DNA of 64,000 bases from Cyanophora paradoxa CCMP329 (GCA_004431415.1 QPMI01000691.1:3110-67109), one strand, 5' to 3'. Counted from the stretch's first letter, positions 1-11,160 are shown. The notes: generated by a model not told the origin, from the sequence alone. Program-made: numbers and translations.

Positions 1-661
1 ATTCTGTTACTGGCGAATCCCTCATTCAGGATTCTCTGAAGGACATTGTGATTACTTCGTTTGATACTCAGTACATGAAACCTATATTTATCACAAACGA
101 TAACAACTACAACTTTCTGCCCTGTAAATAGCAGCAAGGGCTACCTCTGCTGCTCCCACCACTTTTCTCCTGTGAGTATAGTTGATTTTAATCGAGGGTA
201 ACTGCTTGCCTTATTGATGGTGCTATTCAGAAACAATAACCCAAGTGGTGTGGCTATAGCCATGCGAGGAAGATTTACAGTGATGATGATGACATTATAG
301 TTATAAGCATCTCTTGTGTGAGGTAGACCCATATTTAGAGTCTGATTATTTCGGCTATGGTTATGAGACTGTGAACAGTTGGGCATTCTCTCATGGATTG
401 CCTCAACAGATGGAAGCCCATTGATTACATCTCATGCAGCAAGTGAGCTGTCAGCTCTTGACAAGATGGAGGAGTTGCTGCTTACAACTACGATCAGGAT
501 TATGGAGGTACTATAGGCTATCTGTTCCTCTTCCAAATCACATAGTCAAGTCCCTTGATGATACCTCTAAAATCCCCGACATGCTTTCGTTCACTGAGAC
601 ATACATAGCAGCAAACAACACCATGATTAATAAGCTTTGCGATTGCTGTAGCAAACTATGA
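1..661 (+). pseudogene. Patatin-like phospholipase, C-terminal part, frameshifted
   Basis: Reading across frameshifts gives DIVITSFD...ARATSAAPT...LIDGAIQ/NNPSGVAIA...IIVISI...YYRLSVPL...SLDDTS, matching the patatin ATSAAPTYF, DGG-NNP and YYR-xDD motifs. Confidence 0.75.
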
Positions 662-1190
662 ATTAAAGAACCCATCAAAAGCATACATCTCTTCCACTCT
701 CACCCTTCACCACCTTTGATGCTAATTGGTACAAACTTGCTGATGATGCCTTACTGCCTCCTCCTCTGTGACAGGTAAAGAGCCCCACATGGCTCGACCT
801 TCATCATTTGGCTGGGAAGCTGGGCATTGCTCCAGAGCAGATATGGGAGACCCCCACTGAGTACCTTCAAGTTGCGTTCCCATACACTTTTGAACTCTCT
901 TCAGTGGTTGCCTATGGGTCAGGGACACCAATGCTTTTATAAAGACTTTCAATGTGGCTACATCAACTAATGGGTCAACTGGTCTTTTATCGAGCCGAAG
1001 GGCAGAACAAAACATTTGTTTGTGAGAATATAAACAATGCTAATAATTCCGGCGATGTAGCTTTATTAAATGGTTACCCTCTCACCATCAAGATGCTTTC
1101 TACATAGGTTCTCTTTGAGAATCAGTATGTTCGCATTTATCCCTTGTTTATGTCAATGCTCCACAATGAGAGTCGATTTTACAGGTGCGT

Positions 1191-2117
1191 TTATTCGATA
1201 AACTCGAGCTGAAAAGAATTGTCAATTCCATTCATGTCAATGATGTCACCAAAGTAGTCTTGAACTCAACTGTTAGTTCTCTCACCACCAGATGTCGGTC
1301 ATTAATTCGAATAAACTCCCCATGTTCACCATTATAGTAAACATAGCCTCCTATATCCTTGCTTAATTGGAGTCTCAGTATGGCGCCTTGGTTTTGTGGC
1401 TGTGATTTTGGACTATATTATGTCTGCTGGCAAAGGGAGCAAGTTCTTTGACATGTAAATAAAGGTACTGCTCAGCATTCATATCTGCATCTTATTCTGT
1501 AATAAACATATCTAAGAGTGTGGATGAAAGTCTGGATCCCGAAAAGTAGTTCCCCACAAGGGTGATTGAGTGTGATAGGTTTGCCATCATACTTTAGAAA
1601 ATTCTCAGGCGATATGGAGATTGAGAGGGCGAATTGTCATCCATAAATGAAGACTGGAACTCAGTTGAGCTTAACCCAGAAGCTTACCAATACGCTTATT
1701 GCTTGCTCTTATACGGAAAAATCGGTTACTGTAGAACTCCACTTTATAAGTGGTTGGATTGTAGAATAATTTGAATTCGAAAGCAACTGTTTTTCCTGCT
1801 ATAGTTTCCTCATAGAACACATAGTTCAATCCATAGTTGTATGGTTGGGTGACCCCAAAATGACCCTGATTGATATAACCGGTTGGCAGAGGAGAGATGT
1901 TGTAAGTTACTGTTTCAGTGACAGAACTATCCTGATAGGTGAATTCCACTATTAAATGATCTGTTCCCACACTATTGTAAATGCTGTTTGGAATTTCTGC
2001 GTAAATGATCCTACACTCTCGAGGTCTCTCTACTGGTGTTGTGAGGGCAACCCTGTAAGAGTTTTCGGTTTCACCTTGGCTGCGATCCCTGCTATCAACA
2101 TTGACAAGCCGGTTCAT
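1191..2117 (-). pseudogene. Minor capsid protein (penton, single jelly-roll) copy 1, frameshifted
   Basis: N-terminus VNVDSRDR...YRVAL...IIYAEIPNSIYN (ORF 1671-2117). C-terminus VQDYFGDIIDMNGIDNSFQLEFIE-stop ends at 1191. Both are typical PLV/virophage penton ends; the middle is broken by indels. Confidence 0.8.
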
Positions 2118-2146
2118 TTTAATATATGAATATAGATAAAAGGAGA

Positions 2147-3171
2147 ATGCCCGTGGACTACATTGAGGTGAGCTCTTTTAATACAATCTCTGGTGACGGT
2201 CCTACTTCAAGCTTTGTAGCTCGACTTCCAAACATATATGAGAATGTGAGGGCTGTCAGGCTGGTCTCGGCCGAATTTATAATAGTATCCCTATGGTGAG
2301 TGGTGAAACGCAACCAGGGGATATTACAATTGATAATTCATTCAGCATTTTTTGGAGTGAAGAATTCGATGGTGCTGGCATTGATGGCATTCCAACTACT
2401 CGACCAGCGGCCGGCTTTGAACCTTGGAAGCAATTAATCATAAGTCGCAAAAAACCCATTCAAAGCCACCAGCAATTGGTAAATGTAATTAATGCGAATT
2501 CGATGATAGAGAGCCGGAACCATCTATTCGCTGTAAATGGGATGAGTCACTAAAACGAATTATATTCCACTCAGAGAAACCTTTCTATCTAGCCTTCTCT
2601 GTTGCTGAAATCCAAACCAGAAAACGATCCAAAAGTTACTGAGCGCTGCCCGATTGCTTGGTCTTGATCCCGGAAGATATGGAAATTCCCCAATCCAATC
2701 ACAGGTTTATAATGCTCTTACTGATGGCATCTTTACTGGTGAACGGGTGAATGGTATTATATCTTCGTTTGAGCCTGAAAAGACCAGGGACAGTGTTTTA
2801 TTTGTCAGAGTAAAAGAGTTGGTGATCTGGTTCAGTGTGGGGATGGTCTCCTGACTGGTTACTTCCATAAAATAGTGGTTCCTGACAAGGACTACGGTGA
2901 GCATGTGGTTTACAATTCGACAGAATCCCACCCACTTTACAAATACTATAACAAAAAAATGAGTTTGTCTACATTCTCTGTGGATATAGTAAATGCTATA
3001 AACGAACCAATTGATTTTGAGGGTCAACCTGTCCACCTCACATTTGAAATTCGCTATGGGACGAGCCAGCAGGTGACCCTCTCTATGAATACTTTAAGAT
3101 GCGGATGTCGCAAAGTCATCCAACATATCCGGTCATTGCGAGTTTCGGGTAAACACAAGGATCATTCGTAA
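2147..3171 (+). pseudogene. Minor capsid protein (penton) copy 2, frameshifted
   Basis: ATG at 2147 gives MPVDYIEVSS...SSFVARLPNIYENVRAVRLVSAEF. C-terminal fragment LSTFSVDIVNAINEPIDFEGQPVHLTFEI lies in ORF 2875-3171. Intervening fragments are 2293-2553 and 2654-2854. Confidence 0.75.
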
Positions 3172-3205
3172 TTTTTTATGTTACAGTATAATAAAAGCGA
3201 AAATC

Positions 3206-4576
3206 ATGGATATTACGTCGACCCTCCAGCGCCTTTCGTTGAAAGAAGCCCTAACAACCCCAGAGGAGGCCAAGGCCTTCTTTCTGGATAACTCCCTTAT
3301 GCTTGGTCTTGAATCCAAGTCTAAGCCCGTTCTTGTTGTTGTGAACCCGAGCAATACTTTTGAAAATAATGTTGGAAATCGCATTTCATTCAAACTCCCT
3401 CGCTACAATTTCTGTGGCAAACTCGAACTTGCCTTTGACCTTCCAGCTATCACTTTTGGTGATGCTGATCTTGTTCGAAATGGATACACTCGCCCAGTTG
3501 GTGCTTTGGTTCAGCGACTTGAAATTACCTATGGGTCATACACCTACCATATCCCTTCTGATTTCCTTGCTCATTTCCCTCTTGTCTATTATAGTGAGGA
3601 CCAACTTGCCAAAAAGAAGCGGTCAATGGGTATGCTTCACGGCATCCCCGCCCATGGAACCAACCGACTTGGTGGTTCTTTCTTCGTCGAAATTCCTGTG
3701 CCTTGGCTAAACCACTACCTACCTCTTGGTGCTCTGTCTGGTGAAATGGTAGTAACTGTTTGGTTCAAGGATGTAGGGAAGGGTTATGTTGAGACTTCTT
3801 ATGGTGGTCGTACTCTTCCTAAGGCTGGGGACACAGCCATTGATGGGGACAAGGACGATGGGCTTGGCGTCGCACCTGCTGAATCTGTGCTGGCACATGT
3901 TGGCCAAAACATCACCACTTTCAATCTTGGTGCGCCAAACGTTGAAATTAAAATTACTTCTCCTCGCCTTTATATGTATGCTGTTAATGTGTCTGATGAG
4001 CTTTTCGCTACTGTTATTGAGAAGGTAAAGACAACTGGCATGGCTATCCCTGCTCTGGATATTGGATTTGTGGATGTCAGTGATTTGAAAGCCAAGGGCG
4101 GCGCCCAGCCCAATCGAGTTAACCTCTCCCAAATCTCAGGTCTTGTTTATGCTCTGCTTGTTTCAGTTCGTGATAACGCTAATGTTGACAAAGCAAATGG
4201 TTCCCACAGTGTACTTAAGACCTACTCCAACTCCAAAGAGATCACATTCACAATTGAGATAAACGGCCAGCGACTTTTTGCCACTGAGCCAATTTCGCTC
4301 CTCAAAGGTGCTGAGCTGATTGCTGATGTCTTCAAATGCTCTAATATGGATAAGGTTGCTGATCGCTATGTTCTTTCGGGTATGAGTTTCTGTCTTGATG
4401 GTGAGAAGGCAATTCGCAATATTGCCCAGTCTGGCTATGTTGACCTGACCAATTCTTCATCTTCATTCCTCACTCTCTACATGCCCACTGACAAGGCAAT
4501 TGATGTCAATGTTCGCGCTCTCATGCATAGTTTCATTATTGTGGACAAGGACGGCTTGAGGCGAATCAATCTATAA
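3206..4576 (+). CDS. Major capsid protein, double jelly-roll (PLV/NCLDV-like)
   Basis: 456 aa intact ORF. GNRISFKLPR...LELAFDLPAI...GALVQRLEITYG and FFVEIPVPW resemble the N-terminal jelly-roll of DJR capsid proteins. It lies between the pentons and the ATPase. Confidence 0.85.
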   Translation: MDITSTLQRLSLKEALTTPEEAKAFFLDNSLMLGLESKSKPVLVVVNPSNTFENNVGNRISFKLPRYNFCGKLELAFDLPAITFGDADLVRNGYTRPVGALVQRLEITYGSYTYHIPSDFLAHFPLVYYSEDQLAKKKRSMGMLHGIPAHGTNRLGGSFFVEIPVPWLNHYLPLGALSGEMVVTVWFKDVGKGYVETSYGGRTLPKAGDTAIDGDKDDGLGVAPAESVLAHVGQNITTFNLGAPNVEIKITSPRLYMYAVNVSDELFATVIEKVKTTGMAIPALDIGFVDVSDLKAKGGAQPNRVNLSQISGLVYALLVSVRDNANVDKANGSHSVLKTYSNSKEITFTIEINGQRLFATEPISLLKGAELIADVFKCSNMDKVADRYVLSGMSFCLDGEKAIRNIAQSGYVDLTNSSSSFLTLYMPTDKAIDVNVRALMHSFIIVDKDGLRRINL

Positions 4577-4629
4577 ACCATATTCAGTCACATCGTATTA
4601 TTTTTATCTGGTTCTTTATAGAAGGAAGC

Positions 4630-5411
4630 ATGGGCGACTTGGACGAATTTAATGCTGGTGAGATGATAAATCCCCTTTCCGCGTTTTGGCAATTGGCAAA
4701 TCTGCTACTGGTAAATCAGAGGCTGTAAAGTACTGGCTCAAGCAGCTTCATGATGCCAAAAAGATTGATGTCGTTTTGGTGGTGAGTGGAACAAGCTTTA
4801 ATCATTTCTGGGATAAGGTGGCCACATTACAATTGGGGAAATGGGACGCCCCTTACATTGCTAAATTGCTGGATGAAAGGCAAGAGAAAATAGAAAAAGG
4901 GGAACCTGTTAACCAATTATGTGTTGTTTTGGACGACCTTATTGACAACGAAATAGTAGATTTGACCCGAGATAAAATAATCGGAAGTCTTTACAGTCGT
5001 GGTAGACATTCGAAAATATCTATTATCTGTATCACACAAAAGCTAAGGAAAGTCTCATCAACAATTCGCGTCAACTCAGATTATGCTATGTTCCTAAGCG
5101 CTGCCAATAGAAAGGAGCTTGAAGCCATTGAGGAAGAATACAATATAATGCGGGACAAAGATGTTTTCTATAAAATGTTTGAAGAATATGTACATTCCTA
5201 TCAGTTTCTAATTTGGTCATCTGCCGATTATTCTGTGAAATATTTCGTAGATAAAGCGGATTTGGTCAAAGATTTCCCATTTCCACGGTTCCACAGGAAG
5301 CCAAAGAAGAAAGAAGATGAGCTTAAACCACCAGAGAAAGAAGAAGGGCGAAAAGAAGTGAGAAGCCAAGTTCATAGTAATAAGTTAATGCGATATAAAC
5401 GCGGTCTATAA
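4630..5411 (+). CDS. A32/FtsK-like DNA packaging ATPase (likely true start ATG 4630, with a frameshift in the T-run at 4684-4687)
   Basis: Walker A GKSATGKS, Walker B CVVLDD, then SRGRHSKISIICITQ and IRVNSDY (A32 signature). The upstream ATG 4630 is out of frame by one base. Confidence 0.9.
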
Positions 5412-5439
5412 AAATATCTCTCACTTTAATAAAGACACA

Positions 5440-6172
5440 ATGCCCCCCAAACGCAAAATAGGCATCCCTGCTGGGGCTGTTGGTTATTCAGGCGGTGGTA
5501 ACAATGGCTCCATTAACACAGACCCGCTTAAATTCAATGGAATGAATGAGGTTAAGCCATCACAGCAACAAGAGGATCCCTTAATGCCGCCTATGAGGAA
5601 TCTTTTGATGACAAAGCCCCACAGACGTCCACCAGTGATCAGCTCAACATCTCCCCTGAAGCTTCTAAAATGAAGGCTGTGGGTGAGGGTGCCAGGCGAA
5701 TTATAGGTGCTGCTGATGACAAAGGTCTTGGGCTCCAAGATCTATCACTCACTCGCAAAGGTGAGGGTCTCAGTAAAGAATCCGACAAGGTTATCCAGTC
5801 TATGGCGGGTGAAGTCACATACAAGACTGCTCCCACCCAGAATATTCATAGAGTTCCCAAGGCTCAATGGGACGAGATGACTGCCAAGCTTAAAGATCTG
5901 GAAGCCAAATCAAGTGCCTTAGAGCAATATGTAACTGAGAAGAGAGAGAGATCCAAACTCAAGGAGATGCTAAGAAAGGAGGTGTTCAAAATGGGATCAC
6001 TGGGATTCCAGATAAACAGTTTATTGCCAAGAAAGAGAACCAAATTGATGAGCAAGCTGTTGATGAAATGAAAACAAAGACCCAAAAGGGGACTATTGAG
6101 CCAGGTGCTACAAAGGCTGAGGTGGACAAAGGTGTAGCCCCCACAGTGTATAAACGACGGGTTTGGCTTTGA
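5440..6172 (+). CDS. Hypothetical virion/coiled-coil protein, probably one gene split by two frameshifts
   Basis: ORFs 5440-5673 and 5670-6071 plus a third-frame tail (...GATKAEVDKGVAPTVYKRRVWL) join into one continuous hydrophilic protein starting MPPKRK. Confidence 0.45.
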
Positions 6173-6200
6173 GAAAAAATAAACGTTTTTTCTATTATAA

Positions 6201-6431
6201 ATGGATGATACCATCAGTCTGGTTGAGTTCACCGTTGATAGTCCTGTTAGTGAGAGTTATATTAAGAGCGCTGTAGCAAACCAAAAACGATACAGGGAAG
6301 ACCCAGAATATAGAGAGTTTAAGAAACAGCAAGCCTTGGCATCATATTATCGCCGAAGGGCACAAAAAGATGTTGTGAGGCCTATAGGGAGGCCAATTAA
6401 ACATTATTTGACCACTGAGAGCAGCAACTGA
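6201..6431 (+). CDS. Small basic putative DNA-binding protein
   Basis: YREDPEYREFKK...YYRRR...IGRP. Resembles ORF 11259-11450 and is preceded by TATTATAA. Confidence 0.55.
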   Translation: MDDTISLVEFTVDSPVSESYIKSAVANQKRYREDPEYREFKKQQALASYYRRRAQKDVVRPIGRPIKHYLTTESSN

Positions 6432-7158
6432 GTTATTTTGTCCTGTTACTTGTAAGATGTGGCAATGGCTCCAACAATTGCTGGATATGTTTCATATACA
6501 TGTGACCAGCAATTATAAGTGTAGCTGTTGTGATACTACTATTGACGTCAGCATTGGATCTTCCTCCCAAGTGGATCCAGGAGTGGGTCTCCCTATGATG
6601 TGGTGCGCTCAACTGAGGGGCAAAGGGTAAGCTTGGAGAGCATTGAAGAGGTGACAGGGGAGCAATTTGCTCAGGCTGTAAGCAGCGCTTGGAATGAGTA
6701 CCAAGGAAACCGTCTACATTGAACACATTATCTGCCATCAGGGAAGGGGCTAATCTCATTTCCAAGCATGAGGAGATCGTTTGATATTTTTGTAAAGCTG
6801 CTTTGATATGTGGAGACAGGGGGCTATTCGATGACCAAGGTTGTACAGTTCTATAGAGACGCGATGTATGGAGTCACTCAATTCAGGGCTTGGAGACGTC
6901 AGCGCCAAATATGAGAGTTCAAAGGAGACCTCTACAAGGCGAGTATGGATGGGAGTTGTCATAATAATCTACTTTTAGGCAGCATAAAAATGCGAAAGGG
7001 GCGGCTCTGCGTAGAGCTTGATGAGAGCTTCACAGGAAAAAAAAGAGCGCTCAAAACGGCCAATCTGGTGCCGAGATATTCGCGTTTGAAGTTCCTTAAG
7101 TGGCTCTAATTGAAAGTTTTAGAAACATTCTTATAGAGCTCTATAAGGAAATAGCTGC

Positions 7159-7335
7159 GCAATCTCAGCGTTGCGCGGCCATACAAGGAGCAATCTCAGG
7201 CTTGCGCAGCCACACACTGAGCAATCTCCGGCTTGCGCGGCCATACAAGGAGCAATCTCAGCGTTGCGCGGCCATACAAGGAGCAATCTCAGGCTTGCGC
7301 AGCCACACACTGAGCAATCTCAGGCTTGCGCAGCC
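7159..7335. repeat. Tandem array A, ~5.7 x 31 bp (GCAATCTCAGCGTTGCGCGGCCATACAAGGA / GCAATCTCAGGCTTGCGCAGCCACACACTGA)
   Basis: Units start at 7159, 7190, 7221, 7252, 7283 and 7314. Confidence 0.95.
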
Positions 7336-7342
7336 CGCGTGT

Positions 7343-7991
7343 ATATGTATATGATATATATGAAAAAAAAAACAAGTTTTGGTAAAAACTACAGCGCCGT
7401 GATCGCCATGACGCGGCGAGTCCGGAAAGCTATGATATATATATATGTCATGTGACATTATGATATATCATATACATATATCATTATGGTATATACAAGT
7501 CGCTCAAATTGAAGTCTTATAAGGTCTTATAAGAGTTGTCTTATAGAATTCTTTTCTAAAATCTTATATGGTCTTATAAGATTTAATGTGCGTACCGTAG
7601 CGCAGTACGCAAGCCACTTTGCGTACCGTAGCGCCGTACGCAGCCCACTGTGCGTACCGTAGCGCAGTACGCAGGCCACTGTGCGTACCGTGGCTCAGTA
7701 CGCAAGCCACTGTGCGTACCGTAGCGCAGTACGCAAGCCACTGTGCGTACCGTAGCGCAGTACGCAGGCCCCTGTGCGTACCGTAGCGCAGTACGCAGGC
7801 CCCTGTGCGTACCGTGGCTCAGTACGCGCGAACGTACATATGTATATGATATATATGAAAAAAAAACAAGTTTTGGTAAAAACTATAGCGCCGTGATCGC
7901 CATGACGCGGCGAGTCCGGAAAGCTATGTTATATATATATGTCATGTGACATCATAATATATCATATACATATATCATTATGGTATATACA
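7343..7991. repeat. ~155-bp direct repeat (7343-7497 and 7838-7991), one copy after each 31-bp array
   Basis: Near-identical ATATGTATATGATATATATGAAAA...GCGCCGTGATCGCCATGACGCGGCGAGTCCGG...GGTATATACA copies. Confidence 0.95.
7587..7827. repeat. Tandem array B, ~7.8 x 31 bp (TGTGCGTACCGTAGCGCAGTACGCAAGCCAC)
   Basis: Units every 31 bp from 7587, each with the internal inverted repeat TGCGTAC-N9-GTACGCA. Confidence 0.95.
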
Positions 7992-8027
7992 TTTGGTATA
8001 TGCGAAACTGAAAATATTCGTAGCTCG

Positions 8028-8381
8028 TCACCAGATCATCGTAAGGCTATGATGTTGGAGTCTATAAATATCTACTTTGTACGAGGAATCCAACGGTGAT
8101 AGCGGCAAGGAGTGAATCGGTGATTTTAAGATGGGGTACTTACAATTTTCATGACTTTCTCCAGCTAAAATTTGCTTTGTGGAGTAGGGCATACCCTCCA
8201 TGCCATAGTTATCACATATGATGTTCTCATATGCCTCCATCAATCTGCGCAATTCTTTACTTTTCTGGGGTTGATGTCTTGGGGGACTTCCTATACTCAT
8301 CATAATACTGCTGCCTGACTGCCTCCCACAGTTCAACCATGTCCTCAAGGGGATGTCATCATAGCTGCTATCTGAGTCCAT
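8028..8381 (-). CDS. Hypothetical protein
   Basis: 117 aa ORF with an AAAATTGA motif ~53 nt upstream on the same strand. No recognisable domain. Confidence 0.4.
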   Translation of the reverse strand: MDSDSSYDDIPLRTWLNCGRQSGSSIMMSIGSPPRHQPQKSKELRRLMEAYENIICDNYGMEGMPYSTKQILAGESHENCKYPILKSPIHSLPLSPLDSSYKVDIYRLQHHSLTMIW

Positions 8382-8433
8382 GGTGGTACTGGTGGGCTTA
8401 TGTAAGACTGTTTGGGGGTTGGGGTGTCAAGAA

Positions 8434-8441
8434 TCAATTTT
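8434..8441 (-). promoter_or_regulatory. AAAATTGA mimivirus-type early promoter motif
   Basis: TCAATTTT on + strand, upstream of ORF 8028-8381. Confidence 0.5.
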
Positions 8442-8886
8442 TGGTGGGCACTTGGGGGGCTTGGGCTCTTCACCATGCTATATGAAGATGTCCTTAAGTG
8501 CTGGTGGCCTACAAGCAAGTGGGGTAGATTTTGGGGGGGTTAGGGGACTCAAGGGGAAGTTAGGGGGGGTTTCTGCCAACTGACGTCTTGTTGTTTAGGT
8601 TACCATTCTCAGTCTGGAAGGTGGGGTTTAGGGGGGATTAGGGGGTTGTTGAGTGGGTAGGGGGGTATTCTCTCACAACTCTATATATTTCTGGCTTGTT
8701 GCTTAAAAATGAAAAAGAGTTGGAGGCTATAGGAGTTATATATCCCCCCCTAGGTCCCCTAACCCCCCCACATGTATACATTATTACCATTTCTGGTCAT
8801 AAAACAACCAGAAAGTAAAAAATGAAGGTCCCCCAGAAGGTCCCCCAGACGTCTTGAACCCCCCCCAAAAACCTATCATGAGCCCC

Positions 8887-11160
8887 CTAATCCTCCTCCT
8901 CTTCCAAAAATTCTATCAACAGCCCACAGCTCTTGAAGTAAGCCATCATCTCATCCCACTTGAAGACATAACACTCCCTTCCACAATACTTGGTAGGCCT
9001 CACATATTCCAGTCCAGCCATCTCAATGTAGAACTTCCTTGAGCTGAATTCATTCTTGAATTTATTAATTGTAATGAACTGCTGGAACCACTCCCACACC
9101 TGTTGCCTGTTCTCAGTCCTTGGTGTATCCTTGGTAATCTTTTGGGTGTCTACCAAATCCTTGGTGAACAAGGCAGTGACAGGAACACTTGCTTGTTGGG
9201 CAAGGTAGTAGCTGTTGGTCATTGGCCTGTCAGCATACCAGTTCACATCTGTGACATCCACCTTGTTTTTCAAGTAAAGGAATACCATGTGCTGGTTTCT
9301 TGGCTCCTTCAGCCAATTACCCAGTGACTTGAAATATTTCATGTCACCCTTTTTCTTGTCACTCACCTCCACAATCACAAACCTTCTATCTCCAGCCTCC
9401 ACTTTGATTGGTAGGGTGTTGTTGGTAGTAAATATGATCCTGGCAAAATTCCTCACCTCATGAGAATTGACATACTTAGCCTCAATTACAATTTTCTCAG
9501 CAGTGATCATGTCCTTGAGGGCATCACTGTTTGTGAAGGTGTCTTTGCCACTTGCCTCATTCACAGTGATAAGTAGTTTGTGCTTTCGCTGGTGGGCAAA
9601 GTTTCCAAATAAGTCCTTCAGTGGGTTGGCTGTGCTGAAAGCCAAGTCCCCACCCAGTATTTCATTTTGAAACCAATCCAATATGATGTTCTTCCCCACT
9701 CCTTGCTTTCCCTTGAAGATGATTGAAATCCCATTCAACTCCCCAGGTCTCTGAATAATGTGGGCAAAGTACTTCAGTATGTAATTGAATGTAGAAGCAT
9801 CTTCACCACTGAGAATCATCATGTGGTCAAGGAATGGGCTAACATCTTCCTCAGTTACATCAGGAGGAATATCCATTTCACTCACATCCATAAGCTCACC
9901 TTTCATACCAGCATAGGCATTAAACACCTTGGCAGTGGTGGAAGCAGATTTTACAGGAGGTGGGAGGAAGTCCAAGTAATCATACCTTGTGGCAGTCTCA
10001 TCTTTCGCCCACTTTTTGATGAAGTTATGAGGCTCCATCTTCATAGACATTAGGTCAAACTCTGTGTACTGAATGTGAGGGTATACATCCTCAGCCAAGC
10101 TTTTGAAGCTGGTTGTGTCATACTTCTTGGTATGATCATTCCAAGACAAGACAAACCCAGGCTTCATAATGTGAGCAAGTCTGGCATCCATGTAGGGCTT
10201 GATCTCCATGTAATCACAGTTGGTAGGAATTGGAGCAGTCTTGTAATCAATGTTGGAAAGGGAAGCTTGACATTCAGGTACATCAAACCCACTGGCCATA
10301 GGTTTTTCCACAAAAGTCACCCTGTAGCCAGTTTTCCCCTCCACATAATCACTAACCTCTTCCAAAGCACTCAATACTTTGGGGTCTTTCCTGATCATAC
10401 ATCCATCAAAGACCAAGACATCCACATGGAGCTTAAGAGCACTGAAGTACTCACAAGCAGCCATTAACACCTGATTCTCAAGGTCACATAGTACCATATT
10501 CATGGTGGAACCAAGTACATTGCTTTCTTTCTTGCGCTTAGCAATAGCATAGAAGCGCTGCTTCTCAATCCCACCAATGAATTGATGGACTTTGGCCATT
10601 TCCTCTTTGAGATCACTGAAGTACTTGTGATTGATAAGGAGGCTGGAGAGGTCAGCCCCTTGCCCACCATTGATGACTGCCAGAATGCTGCGCTTGACAT
10701 CAGCCTTGGATTTCTGGGTGACCTCACAGAGATCATCAAGAATTTCATCCCTGCTCTGAACATATTTGTTCAGCTGAGGAGTGGCAATTGAATGTTTCTC
10801 ACAATACTGAACAAGCAGGACAGGGTGGCAGTTCACAATGTCAATGTCATAGTAGTAGTCCTTGGAAATGGTGTGGCGAATTTCCCTACAGATGCTTTGA
10901 AGGCTGGGGGTTTTTCCATCCACAAAGTACCTACCAGTGTTGTGCTTCACCTGCTTATATTTACAGGTGTGGTAGCCCTCATGATCGACGATAGAAAGTA
11001 ATTTCTGGATGATGGCTCTCATTTGGGTCTTGTCAGTTTCAGGGCGAAACTGGAGATTATCAAAGTTCTCCACCACCCATTTGAGGTTACCTCTGTGGAT
11101 GCGCTCAGTGAGAATGAAGGTGTTGCCATTGGGGTTGATTGAGCTGAATGAGGGAGCCAT
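8887..11160 (-). CDS. TVpol (PolA-like primase-polymerase) fused to superfamily 3 helicase
   Basis: PolA-like motifs YDIDIVNCHP, KRSILAVING and VLVFDGCMI. Helicase motifs GKQGVGKN, ITVNEA, IIFTTNN and DRRF. Confidence 0.9.
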   Translation of the reverse strand: MAPSFSSINPNGNTFILTERIHRGNLKWVVENFDNLQFRPETDKTQMRAIIQKLLSIVDHEGYHTCKYKQVKHNTGRYFVDGKTPSLQSICREIRHTISKDYYYDIDIVNCHPVLLVQYCEKHSIATPQLNKYVQSRDEILDDLCEVTQKSKADVKRSILAVINGGQGADLSSLLINHKYFSDLKEEMAKVHQFIGGIEKQRFYAIAKRKKESNVLGSTMNMVLCDLENQVLMAACEYFSALKLHVDVLVFDGCMIRKDPKVLSALEEVSDYVEGKTGYRVTFVEKPMASGFDVPECQASLSNIDYKTAPIPTNCDYMEIKPYMDARLAHIMKPGFVLSWNDHTKKYDTTSFKSLAEDVYPHIQYTEFDLMSMKMEPHNFIKKWAKDETATRYDYLDFLPPPVKSASTTAKVFNAYAGMKGELMDVSEMDIPPDVTEEDVSPFLDHMMILSGEDASTFNYILKYFAHIIQRPGELNGISIIFKGKQGVGKNIILDWFQNEILGGDLAFSTANPLKDLFGNFAHQRKHKLLITVNEASGKDTFTNSDALKDMITAEKIVIEAKYVNSHEVRNFARIIFTTNNTLPIKVEAGDRRFVIVEVSDKKKGDMKYFKSLGNWLKEPRNQHMVFLYLKNKVDVTDVNWYADRPMTNSYYLAQQASVPVTALFTKDLVDTQKITKDTPRTENRQQVWEWFQQFITINKFKNEFSSRKFYIEMAGLEYVRPTKYCGRECYVFKWDEMMAYFKSCGLLIEFLEEEED

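Noticed and set aside
722-1015. 97-aa ORF as a functional gene
   Set aside because: No recognisable motif, and it lies in a frameshift-rich zone.
7159-7827. CRISPR-like 31-bp repeats
   Set aside because: Units are directly adjacent without variable spacers.
8520-8665. Telomeric TTAGGG repeats
   Set aside because: Irregular G-run lengths and spacing; not a tandem telomere tract.
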